This document shows positions 8,035 through 15,812 of a stretch of 17,583 nucleotides of DNA, piece by piece; position 1 is the stretch's first letter, and each line of letters starts with the position of its first letter. This DNA comes from a bacterium (lineage in GTDB: Bacteria > Hydrothermota > Tepidihabitantia > Tepidihabitantales > Tepidihabitantaceae): assembly GCA_046485285.1 (NCBI GenBank), contig JAWOHE010000024.1, positions 1 to 17,583 on the forward strand. The letters are read 5' to 3'. Below the pieces are notes generated by a model. The model was not told the DNA's origin. It did not search any database and saw nothing but the letters and a program-made list of their open reading frames with translations. A program made the position numbers and the translations under genes.

Positions 8035-8460
8035 TCACCCTTCCTCCTCGCAGTCCCCTGCCGCGGCCGCGCCGATGAGCTCCTTCAGCCGGCGCAGGAT
8101 TGCCACGAGGTAGCCGCGCTCGAACGCTTCGAGCAGGTGCCCGGTGCAGACCCGCTCGGTCCGGACAATGTCGGACAGGAGCGCGCGCAGGGTCGGGCCG
8201 TCGGCCGACGCGACCAGCGCCGGCTCGCGCCAGTAGCGCAGGGCGGCGGCGGTCACCCCGGGCCGCCAGCCGGCCTCGACCCAGCCGCGTTCCTCGAGCA
8301 GGCGCACGAAATCGACCGCGTCCGGCCCGTATTGCACGATCGGGCTCCCGTCGAGGTCGTCGCGCCAGGCCCCGAACTCCGCCCCGGCCCGCTCGAAGAA
8401 CGGCAGGAACCAGGCCACCGCCTCGATGTCATCGCGTCTCGGTGCCGGCAGGTCGATCAC
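8035..8460 (-). CDS. DUF6508-like hypothetical protein (about 141 aa)
   Basis: ADGPTLRALLSDIVRTERVCTGHLLEAFERGYLVAILRRL resembles the DUF6508 pattern as I recall it. Start placed at GTG 8460 (alternative 8463) just after a promoter; GTG 8523 lies in a terminator hairpin. Confidence 0.7.
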   Translation of the reverse strand: MIDLPAPRRDDIEAVAWFLPFFERAGAEFGAWRDDLDGSPIVQYGPDAVDFVRLLEERGWVEAGWRPGVTAAALRYWREPALVASADGPTLRALLSDIVRTERVCTGHLLEAFERGYLVAILRRLKELIGAAAAGDCEEEG

Positions 8461-8467
8461 CACCGAG

Positions 8468-8495
8468 ATACTGCCCGGCCCGGGGGCGCGGTCAA
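8468..8495 (-). promoter_or_regulatory. sigma70-type promoter, leaderless configuration
   Basis: TTGACC (8495-8490), N16, CAGTAT (8473-8468), 7 nt, GTG 8460. Confidence 0.55.
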
Positions 8496-8502
8496 GTCCG
8501 TA

Positions 8503-8537
8503 GAAAGCGACGGGCGGCGTCACGAATGACGCCGCCC
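8503..8537 (-). terminator. Probable intrinsic terminator after the RRM gene
   Basis: Perfect 11-bp stem GGGCGGCGTCA-TTCG-TGACGCCGCCC (8537-8512) followed by a weak tail GTCGCTTTC. Confidence 0.7.
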
Positions 8538-8555
8538 GGATCGTTATCGCTCGGT

Positions 8556-8864
8556 CTAGAAACGGTCGTTGCCGAAGCCGGACGAACGCCGACCGCGGGC
8601 CGGGCCGGTCCCTTCGCCGCGCGAGCGCGCTTCGCTGACGGTGAGCGCGCGGCCATCCAGCTCCTGACCGTTCAGGGCCGCGATCGCCGCGGTCGCATCC
8701 TGCGCCGTGGCCATCTCGACAAACCCGAACCCCCGGGAACGCTCGGTGAACCGGTCCTTGACCACTTCGGCCTTGACCACTTCGCCGTGCTTGCCGAACA
8801 GCTCGCTGAGCCGCTCATCGGTAGCGCTGAAGGGAAGATTCCCTACAAATATGCGCTGTGACAT
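8556..8864 (-). CDS. RRM (RNP-1) RNA-binding protein with Gly/Arg-rich tail (102 aa)
   Basis: RNP2 IFVGNLPF, RNP1 RGFGFVEM, LNGQELDGRALTVSEAR. SD GGAGGT at 8876-8871 before ATG 8864. Confidence 0.95.
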   Translation of the reverse strand: MSQRIFVGNLPFSATDERLSELFGKHGEVVKAEVVKDRFTERSRGFGFVEMATAQDATAAIAALNGQELDGRALTVSEARSRGEGTGPARGRRSSGFGNDRF

Positions 8865-9056
8865 CAGAACACCTCCGATGTGTTGTAGCTTGGAATCGCG
8901 CTGGTTGCTAAGGTCGGTCGGCACTCAAGCGGACCGGACAATGGCCAACAGTCGAACTCAAGCTCTTTGCTTTCGGACCTGCTTCTGTCGTCGCCGGTAG
9001 GAGAGGTCCCGAACCCCACCGACGGAGAATTGTAGCAGGCCCCGGCCGGCTGTCAA
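8865..9056 (-). promoter_or_regulatory. Promoter and about 160-nt structured 5' leader of the RRM gene
   Basis: TTGACA (9056-9051), N16, TACAAT (9034-9029); several complementary segments in the leader (see findings). Confidence 0.7.
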
Positions 9057-9072
9057 TCTCGGCGTTGACCGG

Positions 9073-9822
9073 CTACTGCCCCTCGGACCCGGCGGCGAGG
9101 AAGCCGTAGTCGCCGAACAACCGGTAGGCGTCGAAGTAGGCCGGCCGGACCGCGCGGGCGGCCCGGAGCATCCGGTCCCGGTCGGTCCCGGCCAGCGCCT
9201 CGTCGAGCGCCTTGCCGGCATCCGCGAGCGCATCGAGTGCCAGCTCGAGTGCCTCCGCCCGCGCCGCGTCGAAACCGACCCGCTCGGGGTCGAACGGCGC
9301 TTCGATGATGTCCGCCAGGATGTCGATGAACTCGTCGGCCAGCTCCTGCATTCGCTGGACATCGGCCGGTGCGACCGCTGACGTGTCCCGGAAGCGAACG
9401 AACTCCTGGAGTTCTGCGACCGGCTCCCAGAGCTCGCCGAACCGGTCGGGGAAGTGCTCGATTCCGGCATCCGCCCGGAGTTCGGCCAGCATCATCCGCA
9501 TCTCGACGAGGTTCTCGGCCGCGAAGGCGAGGTCGTCGCCGTCCGCGACGAGGTCGGCGACGTCCGCGACGAGTGTGTCGATCTCCGCGAATGCCGCCTG
9601 CCAGGCCGGGTCGGACCGGTAGTCGTGGTAGCGGGCGCGGTACTCGTCCCACGCGGCCGCGAGCTCGACCATCGCCGCGCGGGCCGGCCCGGCCTCGCGC
9701 TCGGTCGCGAACTCGATTGCCGGGACGAGCGCCGCGTCGAGCTCGACGCTGTCGCGGAGAAAGTCAGGGCCGCAGCCGGCGACGAGCAGGGCCGCGAGAC
9801 CCAGGCCGAGTCGTCTCGCCAT
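9073..9822 (-). CDS. Hypothetical alpha-helical lipoprotein (249 aa)
   Basis: MARRLGLGLAALLVAG-C lipobox; acidic amphipathic helical mature region. Confidence 0.82.
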   Translation of the reverse strand: MARRLGLGLAALLVAGCGPDFLRDSVELDAALVPAIEFATEREAGPARAAMVELAAAWDEYRARYHDYRSDPAWQAAFAEIDTLVADVADLVADGDDLAFAAENLVEMRMMLAELRADAGIEHFPDRFGELWEPVAELQEFVRFRDTSAVAPADVQRMQELADEFIDILADIIEAPFDPERVGFDAARAEALELALDALADAGKALDEALAGTDRDRMLRAARAVRPAYFDAYRLFGDYGFLAAGSEGQ

Positions 9823-9828
9823 CAGCTT

Positions 9829-9856
9829 ATCTTGCCCGTGATTCCGGCCGCGTCAA
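9829..9856 (-). promoter_or_regulatory. sigma70-type promoter, leaderless configuration
   Basis: TTGACG (9856-9851), N16, CAAGAT (9834-9829), 6 nt, ATG 9822. Confidence 0.6.
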
Positions 9857-9869
9857 CCCGGCAGACCGG

Positions 9870-9898
9870 AAAAATCAGGGCGGGTTGCCCCGCCCTGA
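9870..9898 (-). terminator. Intrinsic terminator after the 608-aa gene
   Basis: TCAGGGCGGG-GCAA-CCCGCCCTGA, a 10-bp stem with GNRA loop, followed by TTTTT. Confidence 0.88.
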
Positions 9899-9917
9899 CA
9901 GCAGTAACCGCGGCCGG

Positions 9918-11744
9918 TCAGCGCGCGAAGCTGAACTTCGTCGTGAGCTGCCTGCCGCCGGCATCGACCACCGCGAACAGCACGCCGCCGGTCTCGAGCG
10001 CGACGTCGAACGACTGGCGCCCGGCGGCCAGCCGCGCCTCGCGGCAGAGCACCTGCCGGCCGGTCCGGTCAAACACGCGGAGTCGCACCGGGCCTTCGGC
10101 CGGGTTGTCGAACGCCAGCCGCACGCCGTGCCGGGTCGGCAGGGCGGCAAGGCCTGCCGGTACCGGCGTCGGCAGGCGGGGCTCCTCGATGCCGGTCAGC
10201 GTGACGCGGTCGAAGTACGCGGCCCGGTAGGGCGGCTGGTTCCAGGACACCCAGACCGCGCCGTAGACCCCGTCCGAGAGCTTCTCGAGCCTGAGCCGGG
10301 TCAGGTAGTGGGGCCGGTTCTCGCTCACCGTGTCCGGGTCGGTGTACGGACCCTGGACCCGGCTCGCGTGCCGGAACAGCATGTGGCGGTCTTCCGTCCC
10401 GGAGTAGTTGCGGTAGCCGATCGCGAACCCGCCCCCGCGCCGGCCGGTGACCTCGACGCCGTCGCGCATCGTCAGCGTGTCGGACATCGGCGACTGGTAC
10501 CACGTCGGGTCGGTGACGTCCCAGCTGTAGACCTGCCTGACCTGCTTCCCGCCCCTCGTGACGAAGCCGAACTGGAGCGTGTCCCGGTAGACCGTCACCG
10601 CGGTCAGGTGCCGGTTGGCAAACCGGTATACGTAGGCGTTGGTGAAGGAGCTCGCGTGGAAGAGCGTGTCTTCGGTTGTGTAGTAGCCGAAGCCGAGCCG
10701 GGCCGTGTCGCCGGTCCCGACCCACCGGGCAAACGACACCCACAGGAACCTTTCGCTGTACCCGCTGTTGTAGGCGCAGTCGAGCGCGTCGTGGCAGACC
10801 GAGAGGCCGGTGTTCGGGGTACGCCAGGCCCGACAGGAGCTGTCGGACCAGGCGAACTTGAGCGTGGCGGCCTTGGTGCGGCCGAAGAGATAGACGCGGG
10901 AACCCGGGTACTGGTCCTCGCTCGAGGTGATTGCCAGCTCGCGGATGGTGTCGCCCGAGGTCGACGCGAACCCCTGGACCAGCCACGAGTCACCCGGGTA
11001 GGGGACGAAGTTGCCGGTGCTCAGGCTGATGCGCGCGGTATAGCTGCGGTGGGCGTTCGTGCCCCGCGTCACGACCGCGATCACTAGGTAGTTGCCGTGG
11101 CAGGCGGCAGCGCTCGCCAGGATGTAGTTGCTCGCGTTCCAGTAGAAGTTCTGGAGCTCGGTCCAGTTCGAGCCGTTGTTGGTCGAGCGGTAGCTCCAGA
11201 TGCGCGTCCGGTTACTGTCCAGGCCCGGGAACGACGCAAACAGCCGGCCGTCGTTGGCGCGGTCGAACGAACAGCCGGTCAGGCTGTCGCGGGTCCCGAT
11301 GCGGATGTCCGGTCCGAAGTCCTGCGCCGGGTCGGGCTCGGCGGGCGTGCGGCGGTTGATGAACACCGCCACCTCACCCGGGTTGCCGAACCGCCAGTAG
11401 CCCTGCGCCCGCTCGATTGCCGCTTCGTGCTCGCCGCGGTTCCAGAGCTCGCTGATTGCCCGGGCCTCGGCCCGCGCGTCCGGCCCGCCCGAGCCCGGCA
11501 TCGGCTCGAGCGCCAGCTCGCAGTCCTCGCGCTCGGCCGGCGTCATCCGGGCAAGGCCCGGCCAGAACTCGCTGAAGACTACCGGCCGGTTGGCCAGTTC
11601 GTCAACGGCCTCGCGCGCCGGTGCCGGCGCGGCCGGGTAGTCGTCCTCAGCCCCGACCGGAATCGTCGTGACCGGCGGATGCTCTACCGCCAGCGCGGCC
11701 AAGCCGAACGCCGCGCCCAGGAGCAGGACACTCATCTTGCTCAT
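9918..11744 (-). CDS. Secreted beta-rich protein with an Asp-box (BNR-like) motif and degenerate T9SS-type C-terminal domain (608 aa)
   Basis: Signal peptide; YRSTNNGSNW Asp-box; C-terminus TGIEEP...VRLRVFDRTGRQV...TTKFSFAR; SD GAGGAG. Confidence 0.8.
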   Translation of the reverse strand: MSKMSVLLLGAAFGLAALAVEHPPVTTIPVGAEDDYPAAPAPAREAVDELANRPVVFSEFWPGLARMTPAEREDCELALEPMPGSGGPDARAEARAISELWNRGEHEAAIERAQGYWRFGNPGEVAVFINRRTPAEPDPAQDFGPDIRIGTRDSLTGCSFDRANDGRLFASFPGLDSNRTRIWSYRSTNNGSNWTELQNFYWNASNYILASAAACHGNYLVIAVVTRGTNAHRSYTARISLSTGNFVPYPGDSWLVQGFASTSGDTIRELAITSSEDQYPGSRVYLFGRTKAATLKFAWSDSSCRAWRTPNTGLSVCHDALDCAYNSGYSERFLWVSFARWVGTGDTARLGFGYYTTEDTLFHASSFTNAYVYRFANRHLTAVTVYRDTLQFGFVTRGGKQVRQVYSWDVTDPTWYQSPMSDTLTMRDGVEVTGRRGGGFAIGYRNYSGTEDRHMLFRHASRVQGPYTDPDTVSENRPHYLTRLRLEKLSDGVYGAVWVSWNQPPYRAAYFDRVTLTGIEEPRLPTPVPAGLAALPTRHGVRLAFDNPAEGPVRLRVFDRTGRQVLCREARLAAGRQSFDVALETGGVLFAVVDAGGRQLTTKFSFAR

Positions 11745-11861
11745 CGCCTTTCTCCTCTATGTTGCACCGCATCTGCCCGGGCGGCGCGGGAGGGTGCTTT
11801 CCCCGCGTCACCATCTATGATTACAGCCGCGCCGGCAGGCTGTCAATGGCGAGTTGCACCG

Positions 11862-12326
11862 CTACCGGAAGTACCAGCGCGCGCCGAGCGCGCCGTTGAT
11901 GCCGAACCCGGTCCCGGGCACGAGGTCGAGAATCGGCGCGACCTCGAGGAACAGCCCGACCGGCACCGGTTCGAACAGGTACTCGAGGCCGAACGGCACC
12001 CGGACCCCGATGCGGACGTCCTTCTCGTCCTCGACCCTGCCCGCGAGCTTGACCCGGCCGCCGACGCCGACGTAGGCCGGCAGCGCGCCGGGCGACACCT
12101 TGAGCAGGTCGAAGTTGTGGTAGAGAACGTCGGCGTGGATGTGGAGTGCGGTGTAGCGGTAGACCGACCAGGCGGCCGCGGCGTCGAACGCCATGTTGCC
12201 GCCGAGCCAGAACTTCGCTGACACGCCGGTCGGCTCGCCGACGATCACGCCGAGCCCGGTTCCCGAGCCCTGCGCCAGCGCTCCGGCAACAGCCACCACC
12301 AGTGCAAGCAGCACTGCCTTCTTCAT
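11862..12326 (-). CDS. Small outer-membrane beta-barrel protein (DUF3996-like, 154 aa)
   Basis: MKK signal peptide; GLGVIVGEPTGVSAKFWL, IGVRVPFGLEYLF and LFLEVAP; aromatic C-terminal strand GARWYF; SD GAGGAG. Confidence 0.8.
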   Translation of the reverse strand: MKKAVLLALVVAVAGALAQGSGTGLGVIVGEPTGVSAKFWLGGNMAFDAAAAWSVYRYTALHIHADVLYHNFDLLKVSPGALPAYVGVGGRVKLAGRVEDEKDVRIGVRVPFGLEYLFEPVPVGLFLEVAPILDLVPGTGFGINGALGARWYFR

Positions 12327-12367
12327 TCCAGCATCTCCTCTCTTCGGATTGTGCTTTCGGTCGTTGG

Positions 12368-12396
12368 ATTATGCGCCGGTCGGGGCTTGCTGTCAA
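12368..12396 (-). promoter_or_regulatory. sigma70-type promoter for the OMP (leadered)
   Basis: TTGACA (12396-12391), N17, CATAAT (12373-12368). Confidence 0.7.
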
Positions 12397-12405
12397 CTGC
12401 CGCGC

Positions 12406-12433
12406 TTGCCTCGACCCGGCCGCCGGCTATCAT
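12406..12433 (+). promoter_or_regulatory. Divergent promoter for galE, leaderless configuration
   Basis: TTGCCT (12406-12411), N16, TATCAT (12428-12433), 6 nt, GTG 12440. Confidence 0.65.
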
Positions 12434-12439
12434 CGGACG

Positions 12440-13417
12440 GTGAGAATTCTCGTCACCGGCGGTGCCGGCTACATCGGGAGCGTCTCGACCCGGCTCCTGC
12501 TCGACGCCGGCCACGACGTCACGGTCTACGACAGCCTCGCGCAGGGCCACCGGGCCGCGGTCAGTGTGGGCGCGCGGCTGGTGGCGGCCGACCTCGCCGA
12601 TGTCGCGGCGCTCGACCGGGCTTTCCGGGAAAGCAGGTTCGAGGCGGTGCTGCATTTCGCCGGCCTCATCCGCGTGCCCGAGTCGGTCGAGAACCCGGCG
12701 CGCTACTTCGACAACAACGTCGCCCGCGGCATCAACCTCCTCAACGCCTGCGCCCGGCACGGCGTCGGGAAGTTCGTTTTCTCCTCGACCGCGGCGGTGT
12801 ACGGCTCGCCCGAGCGGGTGCCGATAACCGAGGACGCACCGCTCGTCCCGACCAACCCCTACGGCGACACCAAGCGGGTCTTCGAGGAACTGCTCGTCTC
12901 CTACGAGCGCGCCTGCGGCCTGCGCTCGGCCCGCCTGCGCTACTTCAACGTCTGCGGCGCCCACGCCGGGCTTGGTGAGGACCATCGGCCCGAGAGCCAC
13001 CTGATACCGCTCATCCTCTTCGCCGCGCTCGGCCGCGCGCGGGAGTTCGTCATCTACGGCGATGACTACGACACCCGCGACGGCACCTGCGTCAGGGACT
13101 ACCTGCACGTCCACGACCTCGGCCGGGCGCACCTGCTTGCCCTCGAGGCGCTCGCCGACCGCAGCGTCGTCTACAACCTCGGCTCGGGCACGGGCTACAC
13201 CGTCCGCGAGGTCTTCGCGGCCGCCCGGGACGTCATCGGCCGGAAGCTCGCTTTCAGGGTCGCGGGCCGCCGGGCCGGCGACGCGGCCGCGCTCGTCGCC
13301 TCATCCGCGAAGATCGAGCGCGAGCTCGGCTGGCGGCGCGAGAGGGATGACATCCGGCAGATGATTGCCGACGCCTGGGAGTTCCACCGGGCGCACCCTC
13401 AGGGCTACCCGGACTAG
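12440..13417 (+). CDS. galE: UDP-glucose 4-epimerase (325 aa)
   Basis: ILVTGGAGYIGS, HFAG...ESV, FSSTAAVYG, YGDTK (YxxxK), LRYFN, HLIP and DGTCVRDYLHV. True start is GTG 12440. Confidence 0.95.
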   Translation: MRILVTGGAGYIGSVSTRLLLDAGHDVTVYDSLAQGHRAAVSVGARLVAADLADVAALDRAFRESRFEAVLHFAGLIRVPESVENPARYFDNNVARGINLLNACARHGVGKFVFSSTAAVYGSPERVPITEDAPLVPTNPYGDTKRVFEELLVSYERACGLRSARLRYFNVCGAHAGLGEDHRPESHLIPLILFAALGRAREFVIYGDDYDTRDGTCVRDYLHVHDLGRAHLLALEALADRSVVYNLGSGTGYTVREVFAAARDVIGRKLAFRVAGRRAGDAAALVASSAKIERELGWRRERDDIRQMIADAWEFHRAHPQGYPD

Positions 13418-14721
13418 CGCCGGACCAGCTTCAGCCGCACCCCGCCCGCGACCGCGTAGTAGACCCCGGCCGGCACCGCCCGCCCGGCGGCATCCCGGCC
13501 GTCCCAGTTCCATGCCCCGCCCGGCGTGCGTTCGAGCGTCCGCACCCTCCGGCCCGCGACGTCGCGCAGCTCGCAGTAAAGGACCCCGGCCAGCGCCGGC
13601 CCGGCGTCAATCCGGACCGATGCCGCGAAGGGTTGGGGCCGGGCCGCGAGCCGGGCCGTCGCCACCGGGCGTTCCTCCGCGACCGCCGCGGCGCCGAACC
13701 GGTACAACGAATCCGCCCGCGCCACGGCCCGAGCCAGGCCGAAGCTGTCCGGCCAGGGCAGGTGACCGATGATGGCAACGACCAGCGACTCGCACGCGCC
13801 GGGCGCGAGGTCGAACGGCCCGGTCGCGAGCAGAAACCGCTTGTCGGCAGGCTGCCCGTCGGTCGTGTCGAACGGCGCGTACTCGCCGGTCCGGTAGTCG
13901 TAGCCGGCGAGCGTCAGGTACTGGGCGGGGTCGGTCACCGGGTCGAGCTCGACGGTGAATCTCTTCATCGCGCTCGGACCCTGCGCCCCGGGCGTGGTGA
14001 TGAAGAAGGCGGCAACCGCGCCGACCGAGTCCCAGCCCGGCTCGGAACCGTTGTTGTCCCACGCGTAGGCGACGTGGTCCACCCAGAGGCTGTCGCCGCC
14101 GAGACGCAGCCAGCGCTGGTAGAACGCACCGTACATGTCGTCCGCGTAGTCGCCGATGTCCGGGTCGAAGACCGCCCCGACGTAGCACTGCTCGAGCGCG
14201 GCGTCGGACTGGTTCTCGAACTCAAACCGCAGGAAGGTGAGGTCCTGCCCCGCCTCCGAGTCGAAGGCGTAGCCGTTCACGAAGACCTGCAGGCCCAACG
14301 GCCGGCCCGGCGCGATGTGCCCGGCCGGGTCGAAGTCGTGGTAGAGCGTCCACGCATCCTGGTCCGCCCGGGTTGCCTGCGGCGCGCGCGGGAATCTCTC
14401 GGCCGGCGGCGGCCAGCGATGCGGCGTGATGTAGACAAGGGCAAGGCTGTCGCCCAGCGAGTCGCCGGCGGAGAACTCCGAGGCGCCGCTGTTCGGGTTG
14501 TAGGCAATCGACGTCAGCGTGTCGCCGCCGGCGACCGCGCCGAACCAGAGCCCGCAGCCGAAGAGATACTCGTGCGCCGGCATCCGCCAGGCCGCGCCCT
14601 GGCCGAACGGCCCGTAGGAGTTGAGCGGGAACCGCCAGCGGTTGACGTCGAGCGTGTCGACGTGTGCGAGGCCGGCGCTGGCCAGTGCCAGCAGGCCGAC
14701 CACTGCGATCGTGGCTTTCAT
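13414..14721 (-). CDS. Secreted protein with C-terminal FlgD/T9SS-type Ig domain (435 aa), function unknown
   Basis: Signal peptide MKATIAVVGLLALASAGLA; YLFGCGLWFGA and DPDIGD motifs; C-terminus RPQPF...DVAGRRVRTL...WDGRDAAGRAVPAGVYY...KLVRR; SD AGGAGGT. Confidence 0.85.
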   Translation of the reverse strand: MKATIAVVGLLALASAGLAHVDTLDVNRWRFPLNSYGPFGQGAAWRMPAHEYLFGCGLWFGAVAGGDTLTSIAYNPNSGASEFSAGDSLGDSLALVYITPHRWPPPAERFPRAPQATRADQDAWTLYHDFDPAGHIAPGRPLGLQVFVNGYAFDSEAGQDLTFLRFEFENQSDAALEQCYVGAVFDPDIGDYADDMYGAFYQRWLRLGGDSLWVDHVAYAWDNNGSEPGWDSVGAVAAFFITTPGAQGPSAMKRFTVELDPVTDPAQYLTLAGYDYRTGEYAPFDTTDGQPADKRFLLATGPFDLAPGACESLVVAIIGHLPWPDSFGLARAVARADSLYRFGAAAVAEERPVATARLAARPQPFAASVRIDAGPALAGVLYCELRDVAGRRVRTLERTPGGAWNWDGRDAAGRAVPAGVYYAVAGGVRLKLVRR

Positions 14722-14740
14722 CTTACCTCCTGTTAGCTTT

Positions 14741-14769
14741 AGTGTAGCGCATCGTCCGCCATCCGTCAA
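14741..14769 (-). promoter_or_regulatory. sigma70-type promoter (leadered)
   Basis: TTGACG (14769-14764), N17, TACACT (14746-14741), short leader with SD. Confidence 0.7.
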
Positions 14770-14785
14770 CAACCAGCGGGCCGGC

Positions 14786-14813
14786 TTGACTCCCGGCTCT
14801 CACCGGCTAGGTT
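14786..14813 (+). promoter_or_regulatory. Divergent promoter for asd, leaderless configuration
   Basis: TTGACT (14786-14791), N16, TAGGTT (14808-14813), 6 nt, ATG 14820. Confidence 0.65.
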
Positions 14814-14819
14814 GATTGG

Positions 14820-15812
14820 ATGAAACGCATCGGCATTGCCGGCGCGACCGGGCTCGTCGGCGAAACCCTGCTCCGACTGGTCGAGCCGACGAGGTCCGGC
14901 GTCGAGGAAGTCCGGCTGTTCGCATCCGAGAAGAGCACGGGCCGCAAGGTCGCGTTCCGCGACGGCGAGCTTGAGGTCAGCGCGCTCGACCCCGACGGCT
15001 TCAAGGGCCTGGATGTTGCGTTCTCCTGCCTCGGGGCCGACCTCGCGGCGAAGACGGTGCCGAAGATCGCGAAGCACTGCCCGGTCGTCGACAAGTCAAG
15101 CCATTTCCGGCTCGACCCGGCCGTGCCGCTGGTCGTGCCCGAGGTCAACGCCGGTGCGCTCCGCTCCCACGCCAACATCATCGCGAACCCCAACTGTACG
15201 ACCATCCCGCTCTGCGTCGCGCTCGCGCCGCTCTGCGACCACTGGGACCTGGTCGCGCTCCACATCGCCAGTTACCAGTCGGTATCGGGCGCGGGCCGGG
15301 CCGCGCTCGAACAACTCGCCTACGAGGTCGAATTCCTCGCCCTCGACCGCGTGCCCGACACCCGGGACAGCCCGTTCCCCGGCCAGATCGCCGGCAACCT
15401 GATTCCCCAGATTGGTGCGTACGACAAGCACGGCAACGCCGAGGAGGAGTCGAAGCTCGCGAGCGAGTCGCGCAAGATCCTCGGTCTCCCCGAGCTCATC
15501 GTCAACGTCACCTGCGTGCGCGTGCCGGTCGCGGTCGGCCACTCGCTCGCCGTGACCGCCCGGTTCTCAGCGCCGCTCAGGCCGAAGGAGGCCTGTGCCC
15601 GGCTCAAGTCCGCGCCCGGGGTCGCGCTCCTGCCCGACGACGAATTCGCCACGCCGGTCGAGGCTGCGGGCCGTGACGAGGTCTTCGTCAGCCGCGTCCG
15701 AGCCGGGGCCCTGCCCGAGGAGCTCAACCTCTGGGTCGTCACCGACAACCTGCGCAAGGGCGCGGCGCTCAACGCAGTCCAGGTTGCCGCCCTGCTGGCA
15801 GGGCTGGGCTGA
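14820..15812 (+). CDS. asd: Aspartate-semialdehyde dehydrogenase (330 aa)
   Basis: GATGLVG, PLVVPEVN, catalytic IANPNCTT, YQSVSGAG, CVRVPV..GH and DNLRKGAALNAVQ. Confidence 0.96.
   Translation: MKRIGIAGATGLVGETLLRLVEPTRSGVEEVRLFASEKSTGRKVAFRDGELEVSALDPDGFKGLDVAFSCLGADLAAKTVPKIAKHCPVVDKSSHFRLDPAVPLVVPEVNAGALRSHANIIANPNCTTIPLCVALAPLCDHWDLVALHIASYQSVSGAGRAALEQLAYEVEFLALDRVPDTRDSPFPGQIAGNLIPQIGAYDKHGNAEEESKLASESRKILGLPELIVNVTCVRVPVAVGHSLAVTARFSAPLRPKEACARLKSAPGVALLPDDEFATPVEAAGRDEVFVSRVRAGALPEELNLWVVTDNLRKGAALNAVQVAALLAGLG

Noticed and set aside
8461..8523. GTG 8523 as the start of the DUF6508-like gene
   Set aside because: It lies within the terminator hairpin and upstream of the promoter; GTG 8460/8463 fits better.
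7333..8861. + strand ORFs 7333..8529 and 8100..8861
   Set aside because: Antisense to the recognisable ORF6N, DUF6508-like and RRM genes.
9369..12221. + strand ORFs 9369..11087 and 11097..12221
   Set aside because: Antisense shadows of the secreted-protein and OMP genes.
12146..12439. 98-aa N-terminal extension of GalE in the ORF track
   Set aside because: Overlaps the divergent OMP gene and promoters; GalE homology begins at GTG 12440.
13414..13417. Convergent genes sharing CTAG stop overlaps (also 6951-6954)
   Set aside because: A common feature of compact GC-rich genomes; no evidence of a special function.
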